From positions 122,168-186,167 of the forward strand of contig JAQBRH010000004.1 in NCBI GenBank assembly GCA_028286565.1: a stretch of DNA of 64,000 bases, read 5' to 3'. The notes under the pieces are model-generated. The model did no database searches. It was not told where the DNA came from and saw only the letters and a program-made list of their open reading frames with translations. A program made the position numbers and the translations under genes. How positions within the stretch are numbered: position 1 is the first letter of the stretch; every line of letters starts with the position of its first letter. This stretch comes from Parcubacteria group bacterium (GTDB lineage: Bacteria; Patescibacteriota; Minisyncoccia; Phycocordibacterales; Zambryskibacteraceae). Of this stretch, positions 38,635-48,806 are shown one piece after another.

Positions 38635-39552
38635 ATGAGATCAAGACTAAAACGGAGCCTCGACCGAGGCGAAGCTATGGAAGGGTTGGTAGTGCTTGTG
38701 GGGTTATTCATCATTATTTTCGCCTTTGTCATCCCGCGCAAGGGTCCTCCGGCCGCCCAAAGCATCCCTTCTCTCACGGGAGGCAAGCCCCAGGCCGCCT
38801 GGACGACGACCGGCTCTCGATCATCCGGCACACAGGGAGGAGGTTCGAACTCTTCCCTTTCTATATACAAAGGCAACGCCGCGTATGAATACGACCCTCA
38901 GAGCGAATACATAGAGATAGAGAACAGAGGCACCGGCTCCGTCGACATCACCGGCTTTCGTTTAAAGAACGCCAAGGATGCCAAGACGTTCCAGGTCGGC
39001 TCGAGCGTACAGCGCTTTGCTTCGGACGTGGCCGAGATACCGAACGTCGTGCTCAAGGCCGGAGGCAAGGCGGTGGTCGTTTCCGGTCCCGCGCCGCAAG
39101 CCTCTCCGTATAAGGTCGCGAATTTTGAAGAGAATATGTGCTCGGGGTATCTTGCTCACATAAACGGATATTCCTTCAGCCCGGGCCTCGCCGAGAATTG
39201 CCCTCTTCCGAGACAAGAAGCGGGCTACCAAGGCCTCGACCGAGGATGCCAGGATTTCTTGAACAGCTTCACTTCCTGTCATATCCCGACATACGAAGGA
39301 CTCGACCAGAATCGCCGGTCGTGCAACGGTTGCATCGACGGCGTCGGCGGGCTTTCGAACTCATGCGTCGCTTTCATCAAGAGCCACTTTGATTATCCGT
39401 CCTGCCTCTTGAACCATGGGAGCGATCAGAATTTTAAAAGCGGAGTATGGCGCGTGTACCTCGGCCGCACATGGGAAATGTGGGCCAAAGATCACGAAAC
39501 TATTTCTCTCTTGGATCGTTTAGGGAACGTGGTGACCTCAATATCGTACTAG
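38635..39552 (+). CDS. membrane-anchored Cys-rich protein with lamin-tail-like domain
   Basis: TM segment; EYIEI.N.G...VDITG..L; many Cys; ETISL.D..G.VV. Confidence 0.7.
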   Translation: MRSRLKRSLDRGEAMEGLVVLVGLFIIIFAFVIPRKGPPAAQSIPSLTGGKPQAAWTTTGSRSSGTQGGGSNSSLSIYKGNAAYEYDPQSEYIEIENRGTGSVDITGFRLKNAKDAKTFQVGSSVQRFASDVAEIPNVVLKAGGKAVVVSGPAPQASPYKVANFEENMCSGYLAHINGYSFSPGLAENCPLPRQEAGYQGLDRGCQDFLNSFTSCHIPTYEGLDQNRRSCNGCIDGVGGLSNSCVAFIKSHFDYPSCLLNHGSDQNFKSGVWRVYLGRTWEMWAKDHETISLLDRLGNVVTSISY

Positions 39553-39568
39553 TTCGACAGGCTCACTA
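39550..39568. repeat. short REP-like hairpin repeat, copy 2
   Basis: TAGTTCGACAGGCTCACTA. Confidence 0.55.
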
Positions 39569-39576
39569 TAAATAAA

Positions 39577-39945
39577 ATGGAAGACTGCATCTTTTGTAAA
39601 ATTGTAAGAAAAGAGATCCCCGTTGAGATCGTGTATGAAGATGAGAATTTCGTTGCCTTTCTTGATATTCATCCCGAGTCCCCGGGGCACGTACAAGTGA
39701 TCCCTAAGGCGCATATCCGCTGGGTATGGGACGTCCCAAATGTCGGGGCATATTTTGAAGCAGCAAGGAAGATCGCTATCGCACAGCGCAAAGCATTTAA
39801 CACCGATTGGGTCCTCTCGCGAATTGTCGGAGAGGAAGTCGAGCATGCCCACATATGGGTCTACCCGGATTGGAACGTCGAAGGAGATAAAACCGATCTT
39901 AAGACAAACGCAGAAAAGATCCGAAGTGCTATAGCTTCTCTATAG
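39577..39945 (+). CDS. HIT family hydrolase
   Basis: DCIFCKI, AFLDI.P..PGH..VIPK.H, V.HAHIW (third His replaced by Trp). Confidence 0.9.
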   Translation: MEDCIFCKIVRKEIPVEIVYEDENFVAFLDIHPESPGHVQVIPKAHIRWVWDVPNVGAYFEAARKIAIAQRKAFNTDWVLSRIVGEEVEHAHIWVYPDWNVEGDKTDLKTNAEKIRSAIASL

Positions 39946-41067
39946 TTTCTTGAGAGCGTCGATGCCGGGAAGACTGCCCTTGGAGAGGAAATCGAGCATC
40001 GCCCCTCCTCCGGTCGAGATGAAAGAGAACTTCCCAAAGAGCCCGAGCTCTTTGATGGCCGCAAGCGTATCCGCTCCTCCGACGATTACTTCCCTCTCGC
40101 TCTGAGCAAGCATCCGCGCCAGGGCCAAAGTTCCTTCTTTGTATCCCTTTTCATAATTTCCGAGCGGTCCGTTCCAGAGGATGAACTGAGAATCATGGAT
40201 CTTTGTGCGGAGCGCTTCAAGCGTCTTTGGGCCCGCATCCATGATAACGTCGTGCTTTTCCATATCGGCGGGCAAGATCCCGAGGCTTTCTTCTCCGCGT
40301 TTGACGAGGACATCTTCCGGAAGCACAACTTTGCCTGAAGCGAATTTCTCCTTGAGGGCAAAATGTCCTTCCGAGACCAAGGAATCCCCGATCGGCTGCC
40401 CCAGCTCGACGAAGAAGTTGTGCGTCAGGGCTCCTCCGACGAAGATCGAGTCCGCGACGGTGATGAATTTCTCAATAAGAGGGATCTTGGTATCGAACTT
40501 CGCACCGCCGAGGATAAAGAGGAAGGGACGCTTGGGATAAAAGGCCTTTGAAAGCCGCTTCACTTCTTCGGTGAAATGCAGCCCGGCGAATCCCGGCAAC
40601 AGCTTCGGGATGCCGATGATCGACGCATGTTCTCTGTGGGAGGCGGAGAATGCCTCATTTATATATATATCTCCCAGTTCGGAGAGGGCTACGGCAAAAT
40701 TCCTATCATTGTCTTTCTCGCCTGCGTGCTTTCTGAGATTTTCAAGGAGGATAACCTCCCCTTCTTTCATCGAATCGATCTTTTTCTTCACCTCGTCCCC
40801 GACGGTCTCTTTGGAGAAAGAAAGATCGAGAAGCGTGCTCGCGTGCTCGTAGACCGCTTCGAGCGAATCGGTTTCTTTAGATTCGAGATGGGAAATAAGA
40901 ACAACCTTTGCGCCCGCTTTCGAGAGGTGCTCGATCGTCTGAAGCGACTGCCGGATACGATAGTCTTCTCTCACTTCGCCTTGCTGAAGAGGCACATTCC
41001 AATCTACCCGTACGAGTGCTCGTCTGCCTCGAAGATCCTGCGCTTCAAAAAGGGTCTTAAAATCCAT
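39940..41067 (-). CDS. pgk: phosphoglycerate kinase
   Basis: RVD.NVP, LLENLR, HR.HAS, GGAK, WNGPLG, STGGGA. Confidence 0.97.
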   Translation of the reverse strand: MDFKTLFEAQDLRGRRALVRVDWNVPLQQGEVREDYRIRQSLQTIEHLSKAGAKVVLISHLESKETDSLEAVYEHASTLLDLSFSKETVGDEVKKKIDSMKEGEVILLENLRKHAGEKDNDRNFAVALSELGDIYINEAFSASHREHASIIGIPKLLPGFAGLHFTEEVKRLSKAFYPKRPFLFILGGAKFDTKIPLIEKFITVADSIFVGGALTHNFFVELGQPIGDSLVSEGHFALKEKFASGKVVLPEDVLVKRGEESLGILPADMEKHDVIMDAGPKTLEALRTKIHDSQFILWNGPLGNYEKGYKEGTLALARMLAQSEREVIVGGADTLAAIKELGLFGKFSFISTGGGAMLDFLSKGSLPGIDALKKL

Positions 41068-41090
41068 TATATGTACCTTCCAGTATACAC

Positions 41091-41852
41091 CTAGGCGTGG
41101 GTTTCAAGGGCGGCCGCGATCTCGCCGAACATCTTCGGATCAAGCGAGGCGTGTCCCACCAAAAATCCGTTCACTCCGGTCTCGATAAGCGCCTTGGCAT
41201 TATCGCCTTCTACAGATCCTCCATAGAGAATGGGGATCATCTCCGCCGCTTCTCGGCCGAAGATATCCGTCAGCACCTTCTTTATAAAAATAACCATCTG
41301 CGCGAGGTCGGTCGGCTGCATGGCCTCCTTTGAACGCTTGCCTATGGCCCATACCGGCTCGTAGGCGATGATGAGCTTGCCTGCATCATCTTTTCTGCGG
41401 ACGCCTTCCAAGGAAAGCCTCAGTTCCTCGCGAATAAATTCAAAATGCTCGCCTTCCGCATCCCTCTCTTTTTCTCCTACGCACAAAAGCGGCGTGATCC
41501 CCGATCGGAGGGCGCATTTGATCTTGTCCGATGCGACCTCGTTCGTCTCGCCGAGGGCTCTTCGCTCGGAGTGTCCGATGATCGAAAGCTTTACTCCGAA
41601 TGATTTGAGGATATCGGGCGTTGTAGCCCCCGTGTACGTTCCCTCTGGGGCAAAAAAGATGTCTTGAGAGGCAAGATTCCCGAATCCTTTGATCTTTTTT
41701 GACACCGTCTCAAGATACGGAAGCGGAGGCGCGATATACGTAGCAAGCTTTTTGTACTGAGCGGACTTCTTGGCGAGCCCGCTCGCGATCGAAGCGGCCC
41801 GAGCAAGCGAGTCGGGGTGATTCTTCCAGTTGCCTACAAGTATTGGTTTCAT
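41091..41852 (-). CDS. tpiA: triosephosphate isomerase
   Basis: GNWK, IGHSERR, AYEPVWAIG, LYGGSV. Confidence 0.97.
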   Translation of the reverse strand: MKPILVGNWKNHPDSLARAASIASGLAKKSAQYKKLATYIAPPLPYLETVSKKIKGFGNLASQDIFFAPEGTYTGATTPDILKSFGVKLSIIGHSERRALGETNEVASDKIKCALRSGITPLLCVGEKERDAEGEHFEFIREELRLSLEGVRRKDDAGKLIIAYEPVWAIGKRSKEAMQPTDLAQMVIFIKKVLTDIFGREAAEMIPILYGGSVEGDNAKALIETGVNGFLVGHASLDPKMFGEIAAALETHA

Positions 41853-41885
41853 AAAGATAGTATACCAGTAGAGACGTACGGCGGC

Positions 41886-43346
41886 TTAATTATTTTCAAC
41901 TTCCTGCCACGAGATGACCTGATATTGGTCGGATGTGAGGGGAAAAGATGGAGGAGGGGCATATAAGAGGTTCGGATCGTAGACAATGGTTCGTGTCTGA
42001 TAGCCCGTACCGTCCGTGTAGGCAAAGCCATAGCGAGTGGCGCTGCCGATCATCCCGTAGAGAGTGAGCGAGGTTCGGGTGTTATACGGAGAACAGCCTG
42101 AACCGTAATAATAACGCCCAACACGGCCATTTTGAGCCATAAGCGCCGCATCGATCCGGAGGGTAGTGAGGCCTTGCATGCCTACGTTTATATCTCCTTG
42201 GGACACAAGCGACAGCACATCGAGGCCGTTATAGTTTGTATAGAGGAGATTGTTGTTCACGGTAATGGACGGGCGTGTCGAGGGATTGTCCGGGAAGCGG
42301 GCGGCTGCCACAGTCACGCGCGCGGTATTTATCTGCCCTTCGACCCAGGCGTTGTCTTCGACAAAGACAATGCCGTTCGCCGGATTCGGATAGTTGCCCA
42401 CAAAGGTGGTGCTGTTCGGCATCCATGTCCCCCATCCCGTCTGCGAAGCTGAATTCGTACAACTGCCGGCGGGGCTGATGAGGTTCGTGACTTTGTAGAC
42501 ATCGAATGTGTCATTTGTTTTGAAAATGATCTTGTATCCCTGCCTTCCCGAACTTGAAAGATATTTCCCCGCGGCCTGCGCGTCCGTCTTCATCTGGGAG
42601 AGATTGGCGGTAATGCCCGTGAAGTCGACCGCAGGAACCGGGAACTGCCTTCCGGCGATAAACACATCGGCGCGGGGAGTTAAGGAGCTCGGAGGAGCTT
42701 CAAGAGGGCGGAAGTTGTCATCTACCCCGGATGCGGGAGGAATATTCTTGTGCGTATGGACGCCGAACTCGACGGCGCCCGTATGATCGGGGTCATTGTA
42801 GGTAGAGAGCGCGCTCGTTACCACATTGTGGGCGATGCCGTCAAAATGGATGCCCCCGTTCGAATGGAGAGGGCCGAACACTTCGGTGTCCTCGCCGATG
42901 CGGAGATCCGAGTTGCCTACGACCGCGAACTTGGCAAAAGAAGGAATGGCAAATTTTGCGATAATGGTTCTCTTGGCTGAACTATCGAGCGCGGACACCC
43001 CTACGGATCTGATAGTGACGAGCGTAGAGCCGAGAAGCGGAGGCGTAATGGTCAGGGTGAATGTACCCAACAGATCTCCGCTCTTATCATAAAAATTGTG
43101 GACCGACGGAGTTGAACTGCCCGTACCGTCCGTATAATCGGTCTTTGCGTGCGCGAGGTGCCAGCGATAATACTCGATCCCCGCTTCCGCCGCCTGGAAA
43201 GCCTGCTCTCGGAGGATGCCGATCCTTCCGGCCTTCATGTTGGTGTTCGCAAAGGTGATAAGCCCGCTGATCACGATCACCGCAATGCCCGCAAATACGA
43301 GCATCTGGATGAGAAAATATCCCTTTGAATATGTATGTTTTTTCAT
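41886..43346 (-). CDS. PilX-like minor pilin with large C-terminal domain
   Basis: KG|YFLIQML N-terminus, QA..AAEAGIE, W.E C-terminus. Confidence 0.8.
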   Translation of the reverse strand: MKKHTYSKGYFLIQMLVFAGIAVIVISGLITFANTNMKAGRIGILREQAFQAAEAGIEYYRWHLAHAKTDYTDGTGSSTPSVHNFYDKSGDLLGTFTLTITPPLLGSTLVTIRSVGVSALDSSAKRTIIAKFAIPSFAKFAVVGNSDLRIGEDTEVFGPLHSNGGIHFDGIAHNVVTSALSTYNDPDHTGAVEFGVHTHKNIPPASGVDDNFRPLEAPPSSLTPRADVFIAGRQFPVPAVDFTGITANLSQMKTDAQAAGKYLSSSGRQGYKIIFKTNDTFDVYKVTNLISPAGSCTNSASQTGWGTWMPNSTTFVGNYPNPANGIVFVEDNAWVEGQINTARVTVAAARFPDNPSTRPSITVNNNLLYTNYNGLDVLSLVSQGDINVGMQGLTTLRIDAALMAQNGRVGRYYYGSGCSPYNTRTSLTLYGMIGSATRYGFAYTDGTGYQTRTIVYDPNLLYAPPPSFPLTSDQYQVISWQEVENN

Positions 43347-43960
43347 AGGTTATCTTTAATGTTGCGAGGCGCAACTTCCGTCACGATCGAGATGGTATTC
43401 GGAGAGCGGTTTGGGTCCTTATCGATCAGGACGGTCACCTTTATTAAGCGGACCGCCGACGGAGTAACCGGGATGGACAGCGGGGTCGTAGTGCCCGCAT
43501 ACGTCGAGTCGTAATAATCGAACATCGGGGTCGAGGTGCCGTTCACGATCTCCGTCACAAGCGTGGTGACGGTCTCGGAATTGAGGTTGTATGAAGATGG
43601 ATTTCCGGACGGAGAGACAACCCCTTTTTTCAAAGTGCGGCTGCCTTGATCCAAAAAATACCGGATCCGATCCATCGATCCGTTGCCGTTGATGTCCGCG
43701 TAGAAGATGAGCGTACTCGTCGCCACCGTATCCAGAGGATATGAGCCGAGGGCCGAAGGAGCGATAGTGCGCAGCTCAGCCACCATGATCTTCAAGATCT
43801 TCCGGCCTTCGAGCTGGGCGGTAAGGCTGTTATACACGCCTGAATTCAGGATAAAAATATTTCGTATAAATTGGGATACGGCAAACCCAATGACGATCAT
43901 GATCCCGATAGAGATAATAAGTTCCGCGAGGGTAAATCCTTTTGTGGGCGAATGCGACAT
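43343..43960 (-). CDS. type IV minor pilin (PilW-like)
   Basis: KG|FTLAELII prepilin motif. Confidence 0.85.
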   Translation of the reverse strand: MSHSPTKGFTLAELIISIGIMIVIGFAVSQFIRNIFILNSGVYNSLTAQLEGRKILKIMVAELRTIAPSALGSYPLDTVATSTLIFYADINGNGSMDRIRYFLDQGSRTLKKGVVSPSGNPSSYNLNSETVTTLVTEIVNGTSTPMFDYYDSTYAGTTTPLSIPVTPSAVRLIKVTVLIDKDPNRSPNTISIVTEVAPRNIKDNL

Positions 43961-43962
43961 GG

Positions 43963-45732
43963 TTATGGGGCGAGGATCACTGAGAGCGACTGCCAGGCGG
44001 AACTCACGCTCACAGAACCCGTATATGTAGTATAGCCCGGCTCCGAGACGGTAACGGAGTACGTTCCCGAAGAAAGTCCGGAGAATGCGACTTGTCCCGG
44101 AGGCACGCATCCGGAAGTAAATGTGAACGACACATCGGACAGATTCGGGGTAGCGGTGCTCGAGGCGGTGCTGAGGAATAATTTGTACTTGGCATAACGG
44201 GAATTTGCGTGCCGGGTCGAGAGATCGCGCTCTGAAAGCGTATAGTAGCTGCCCCCGGTGCCGTCCGGACCGACGAACGCATACGCTCCCCCGTCGTTGT
44301 TTGAAGCGAATTGGAACTTAACGCTATTCGGCCCCGCAGCGGCGGGCTCGGAAGTAGGATTCCAGCTTATTTCTTGGAAGGTCGAGGTCGTCCCCGTGTC
44401 GAAAGCTGAGGAGATCAATTCCCCGCTCGGAGCATAACTGCCAAAGACTTGAGAGATCTTTACGTCCCCTGCCGGGCTGCCGGTCGATACGCTGAGTGAG
44501 CTTTGATACTTGGTCGGATCGCTTGAGGTGGCTTGACCGGATCCTCCTGACCAATCACTTTGAGTAATGGAACCGCGGCCGGTAAGCAGGGTTTGCGGCG
44601 AACCGTTAGAGATGGTCACTGACGCTCCTGAGATCGGCAGACCGGTGGAAGAATCAGAAACGGAGACAAGGAGCGTATTCGGATTTTTTGGTCCAAATAC
44701 AAGCTGCAGGGGTTGATTTGAGTTCGGCAGCACCGCGAGTGGCAAGAGCGGATTGGTGCCGATAAGCTCCCAAGTCGCGCTCGTATTGGTGAACGAATAT
44801 GTATCCCACTCGAGATTTGAGATGGTTTTCTGTCCCGCACTGTCTGTCGTGAGATTTTGATTATATTTATACACCGAAGGAGTGCCTATAAGCTTTGAAC
44901 CCTTCATGGTAAAAGGAATGGAGGAGACCGGGGAACAGGAAGAATCGACGGTGGAAACATTGAGAGTGCTTGTTTTATCTATGGCGAAACTCACCTGTGT
45001 CACTTGCTGAAGAGCGACCGTCGCATGGGGCTTGGTCGGATTCGAATTCCCCGCTCCCCCAAGAGGATATGTTTGATCGGTCGAATACCCGGGCTTTGAG
45101 ACGCTGATGCGATAACTCGAAGCAAACGGAGGAACATCGACGATCTGAAGTATCCCCTGAGCATTCGTGGTGTCATCGATCGTTAGGGTCGGCGTGGTCG
45201 ATGAGTTTGCAATGTGCACGTCCGCATCAGAAACAGGCTGGCCGTTCGCATCGAATGTCTGAACGAAGAGAGCCCCGTTCGTCGAAGCCGTTTCAAGGTT
45301 CCGCGGCGAGACCCGCCCAGTAAAGATGACCGGTGCAAAGTTTTTGCACGTCCCGCACAGCACTTCCACCTCAACGAGCTTGTAGTCGGCAGGAGACGTA
45401 TCGTTTGGAGTAGCGCCGATCCGGCCGTCAAAGGGGTCGTCGACGTTTCTGATCGTGGTCGTCACCTGAAAGCTGATGTTGTCGCGGACAATGGTTTGCA
45501 CATGCGGAACGATGCCGTTCGGGATGCCGCCCGGCTCCCCGACGTTCGCATACGGCAGATTTCGGACGACTTCAAATTCTTCGTTCGCAAGATCGGACGC
45601 TAGGATCTTAAAATGCGAGGACGAGACCGTCGCATAGACCGAGGCATAGCTTTGATAGATAGCCATGGCGACGATAACGAATATCGTCACCCCGACCAGG
45701 ATCTCGACCAGAGTAAAGCCTCGTTGTTTCAT
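43963..45732 (-). CDS. large type IV minor pilin (PilV-like) with carboxypeptidase-regulatory-like domains
   Basis: RG|FTLVEIL; repeated G.P..GA.V.I and Y.V.VS.PGY motifs. Confidence 0.85.
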   Translation of the reverse strand: MKQRGFTLVEILVGVTIFVIVAMAIYQSYASVYATVSSSHFKILASDLANEEFEVVRNLPYANVGEPGGIPNGIVPHVQTIVRDNISFQVTTTIRNVDDPFDGRIGATPNDTSPADYKLVEVEVLCGTCKNFAPVIFTGRVSPRNLETASTNGALFVQTFDANGQPVSDADVHIANSSTTPTLTIDDTTNAQGILQIVDVPPFASSYRISVSKPGYSTDQTYPLGGAGNSNPTKPHATVALQQVTQVSFAIDKTSTLNVSTVDSSCSPVSSIPFTMKGSKLIGTPSVYKYNQNLTTDSAGQKTISNLEWDTYSFTNTSATWELIGTNPLLPLAVLPNSNQPLQLVFGPKNPNTLLVSVSDSSTGLPISGASVTISNGSPQTLLTGRGSITQSDWSGGSGQATSSDPTKYQSSLSVSTGSPAGDVKISQVFGSYAPSGELISSAFDTGTTSTFQEISWNPTSEPAAAGPNSVKFQFASNNDGGAYAFVGPDGTGGSYYTLSERDLSTRHANSRYAKYKLFLSTASSTATPNLSDVSFTFTSGCVPPGQVAFSGLSSGTYSVTVSEPGYTTYTGSVSVSSAWQSLSVILAP

Positions 45733-45733
45733 A

Positions 45734-46948
45734 TTAAATATTATTGACCAGAGAATACGTAGGCGCGAGCATCGAGATGGCAAAGACCCCGACGCCCGCC
45801 CCGATGATGATCATGAGCACGGGCTCGATGATGGTCGAAAGGTCCTTGGTCTTTTCCTCAACCTCCGCTTCGTAGTAGATGGCAACTTGGAGAAGCATAT
45901 CCGAGATCTTGCCCGTTTCTTCTCCGACGGCGATCATCTCCCCGACGAATGGAGGGTACAGGCCCTCATATTCCATGAACACCGAAGACATCGGCTCTCC
46001 TTTTTGGATGACCGTGCGGGCCACGTCGAGGGTTTTTTTGTACAAAGAGTTCTGCACCACATCGATCGTGACGCCGAGAGCCACCACCACGTCTACTCCG
46101 GAAGAAAGGAGCGAGGAAAGAGTGCGCGCGGCGCGAGCGCTTTGGACCTCCTTCACGATCTCTCCGATGACCGGGATGCGGATAGAAACGATATCCATGA
46201 CCCGCTGGCCGGGAGCGCTCTTTAGCGCGAAGGTCCCGCCGACGATAAGCCCGAGAAGCGCGCCCAGCACGATAAAGGTATGGTTAACCATGAAATCGCT
46301 CGCGGCGATGATCACCCGAGTAGAGAGAGGGAGCTCTGCGCCGATACCCTTGAAGGTAGCCGTCAGGGTAGGCACCATGTACACGAGCATTAGGATGGCG
46401 ATGACGATCATGGCCGAGAGGATGACCGCCGGATAGATAAGCGCACCCTTGACCTTTTTGGTCAAAGCAAAGGATTTATCCATCTGGCTGGCGACGATCT
46501 CAAGCGAGTTCGAGAGGTTCCCCGACTCTTCACCGGCCTTCACCATCGAGACGAAGAGGGACGAGAAGATATGAGGGCGCTTTCGCATGGAGTCCGAGAG
46601 AGTTTCTCCCTTGCTGACGTCGGAGGCAAGATCCGAGAGGAGCTGCTTCAAGTTCTTGTTCTTGGCCTGCTTTTCCATCACGGCAAGCGCTCGGGTCACC
46701 GAAAGACCGGCCTTGATCATGGTGCCCAGATTCCTGGCAAGGAGGATCTTGTCATGGGTCTTGATGCCTTTAAAGAGACTGTTGAAAATACCCCCGAGAG
46801 AAATCCCCGGGCGCGTTTCTTTGACCTCGATAACTGTCCCGCCTTCTTCTCTGATGGCCGCATAGAGCTCCACTCGGCTTGCGGCTTCATGGGTACCCTG
46901 ATATGACTTCCCTTCTTTATCTTTGGCTGTGTATGAATATATGGTCAT
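45734..46948 (-). CDS. pilC: type IV pilus platform protein PilC/GspF
   Basis: SMVKAGEESG.L, ALIYP, M..VGEETG, IEP. Confidence 0.93.
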   Translation of the reverse strand: MTIYSYTAKDKEGKSYQGTHEAASRVELYAAIREEGGTVIEVKETRPGISLGGIFNSLFKGIKTHDKILLARNLGTMIKAGLSVTRALAVMEKQAKNKNLKQLLSDLASDVSKGETLSDSMRKRPHIFSSLFVSMVKAGEESGNLSNSLEIVASQMDKSFALTKKVKGALIYPAVILSAMIVIAILMLVYMVPTLTATFKGIGAELPLSTRVIIAASDFMVNHTFIVLGALLGLIVGGTFALKSAPGQRVMDIVSIRIPVIGEIVKEVQSARAARTLSSLLSSGVDVVVALGVTIDVVQNSLYKKTLDVARTVIQKGEPMSSVFMEYEGLYPPFVGEMIAVGEETGKISDMLLQVAIYYEAEVEEKTKDLSTIIEPVLMIIIGAGVGVFAISMLAPTYSLVNNI

Positions 46949-46966
46949 GTGTGTGATGAGCTCGAA

Positions 46967-48718
46967 CTATTCAGATATGACGCGGAGCACTTCTTCGATC
47001 GTGGTGACGCCCTCAACCGCTTTGAACACCCCGTCCTCGATCATAGTCATCATACCGTCTTTCTTGGCTTGCTCTTCTATCTCATGGATAGATGCGCCCT
47101 TGATCACAAGATTACGAATGGTTTCGGTTACTTTCAAGGCTTCATGGATGCCGATCCGGCCCTGGTAGCCGTCTTCGCTGTCCGCGCTCGCTTTTGGCCT
47201 CCAAAACGGGACTTTGTCCCAATCGGCTCCCTTCTCAACGAGCTTCTCTTCTTTCATGAGCGCCATCATGCGATCAAGATCGACGATCTTTCCGAGGGAA
47301 GCGATCTCTTCTTTATTCAAAAAATATTTTTCTTTGTTCTCTCCGATCTTCCTGATCAGACGCTGGGCGATCACCACATTCAAGGTCGACACGAGGAGGA
47401 ACGGCTCAACCTTCATGTCGACGAGTCGAGGGATGGCTCCGGCGGCGGAGTTGGTGTGAAGGGTCGAGAGCACCAAGTGCCCGGTCAGGGCCGCGTTCAC
47501 CGAGAGCGCGGCGGTCTCATTGTCTCGGATCTCTCCCACCATGATGATGTCCGGGTCCTGGCGAACGAGCGTACGCAACCCTTGGGCAAAGCTGAATCCG
47601 ATCTCCGGACGCACTTGGGTCTGGTTGATCCGCTTCATTTGGTATTCGATCGGATCTTCAATGGTAGAAATGTTGACGTCCGGCGTGTTCAACACATCGA
47701 GCACTGTGTAGAGGGTCGTCGTTTTACCCGAGCCGGTCGGACCGGTCGTGAGGATAAGTCCGGTGGTCGACTTCATGGCTTTGTGGATCACTTCGAGCGC
47801 ATAGCCGTGGAATCCGAGGCTCTCGAGGGTAAATCCGGATACGGATTCTCGGAGGAGGCGCATGACGGTCTTTTCTCCGTAGTAGACCGGGAGCGTCGAA
47901 ACGCGGAACGAGACCTTTTCTCCGTTCATGTCTATTTTGAATCGCCCGTCCTGAGGCACGCGCTTTTCATCAAGCTTCAGATTTGAAAGCACCTTGATGC
48001 GCGCGGTGATGCCCGAAGCGGTGTTCTTTGGCAGAACCATGGCGTCGTGGAGAAGCCCGTCGATCCTATAGCGGACCAAAACCTGCAGCTCTTCGGGCTC
48101 TATATGGATATCGGATGCGTCCTGGATGATGGCGTGCTTCAAGAGCGTGTCGACGATGCGGACGACGGGCACGTCTTCGGCAAGCTTTTTAAGATCCTTT
48201 TCATCCGCCTCTTCCCCTTCCTTCTCGGATACGGCGCGGAGAGAGCCCGCTTCCTTTTGGATAATGTCGCCGAACTCCGCCTTCAGGCTCTTTTGATACA
48301 GGAGAAGCGCCCACTTCATGGATTCGTTGTCGGTTAGGCGGGGCAAAATTCGGAGACCCACCTTTTTCTTGACGAAGTCTATAGCCGTCAGGTCTTCGGT
48401 ATCGAGCATGGCCACTTCGAGCGTCGCTTCGCCTTTTTTAAAGGCTACGATGTTGTGGTTTCGGGCGATCGGCTCAGGGATGAGAGAAAGGACTCCGAAA
48501 TCGAGCTTCTGGTTTTTAAGGTCAACGAAAGGAATGCCGAGGATATAGGCCTGCATCCGGCGGAGATCATCGTCGGTAATAATGCCTTTTTGGGCCAAGA
48601 GCTTCCCTATGTTCGTTTTCTTCTCGAGAGCCTCTTTGGCCGCTTCTTCTATCTCTTTCTTCGAGACAAGTCCCGAATCAAGAAGAAAATTTTTTAACTG
48701 AGTCTCATCAATGTGCAT
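46967..48718 (-). CDS. pilB: type IV pilus assembly ATPase PilB/GspE
   Basis: ASDIHIEP, PQDGR, GPTGSGKTTT, RQDPDIIMVGEIRD, GHLVLSTLHTN; start ATG48718. Confidence 0.93.
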   Translation of the reverse strand: MHIDETQLKNFLLDSGLVSKKEIEEAAKEALEKKTNIGKLLAQKGIITDDDLRRMQAYILGIPFVDLKNQKLDFGVLSLIPEPIARNHNIVAFKKGEATLEVAMLDTEDLTAIDFVKKKVGLRILPRLTDNESMKWALLLYQKSLKAEFGDIIQKEAGSLRAVSEKEGEEADEKDLKKLAEDVPVVRIVDTLLKHAIIQDASDIHIEPEELQVLVRYRIDGLLHDAMVLPKNTASGITARIKVLSNLKLDEKRVPQDGRFKIDMNGEKVSFRVSTLPVYYGEKTVMRLLRESVSGFTLESLGFHGYALEVIHKAMKSTTGLILTTGPTGSGKTTTLYTVLDVLNTPDVNISTIEDPIEYQMKRINQTQVRPEIGFSFAQGLRTLVRQDPDIIMVGEIRDNETAALSVNAALTGHLVLSTLHTNSAAGAIPRLVDMKVEPFLLVSTLNVVIAQRLIRKIGENKEKYFLNKEEIASLGKIVDLDRMMALMKEEKLVEKGADWDKVPFWRPKASADSEDGYQGRIGIHEALKVTETIRNLVIKGASIHEIEEQAKKDGMMTMIEDGVFKAVEGVTTIEEVLRVISE

Positions 48719-48806
48719 TGAAAATATTTTATCACGATTATGGATATTAAAATCAACAAAAGAAAAAGGCCCACGCAACTTCGCGTGGGTCCGTACATCA
48801 TTTACT

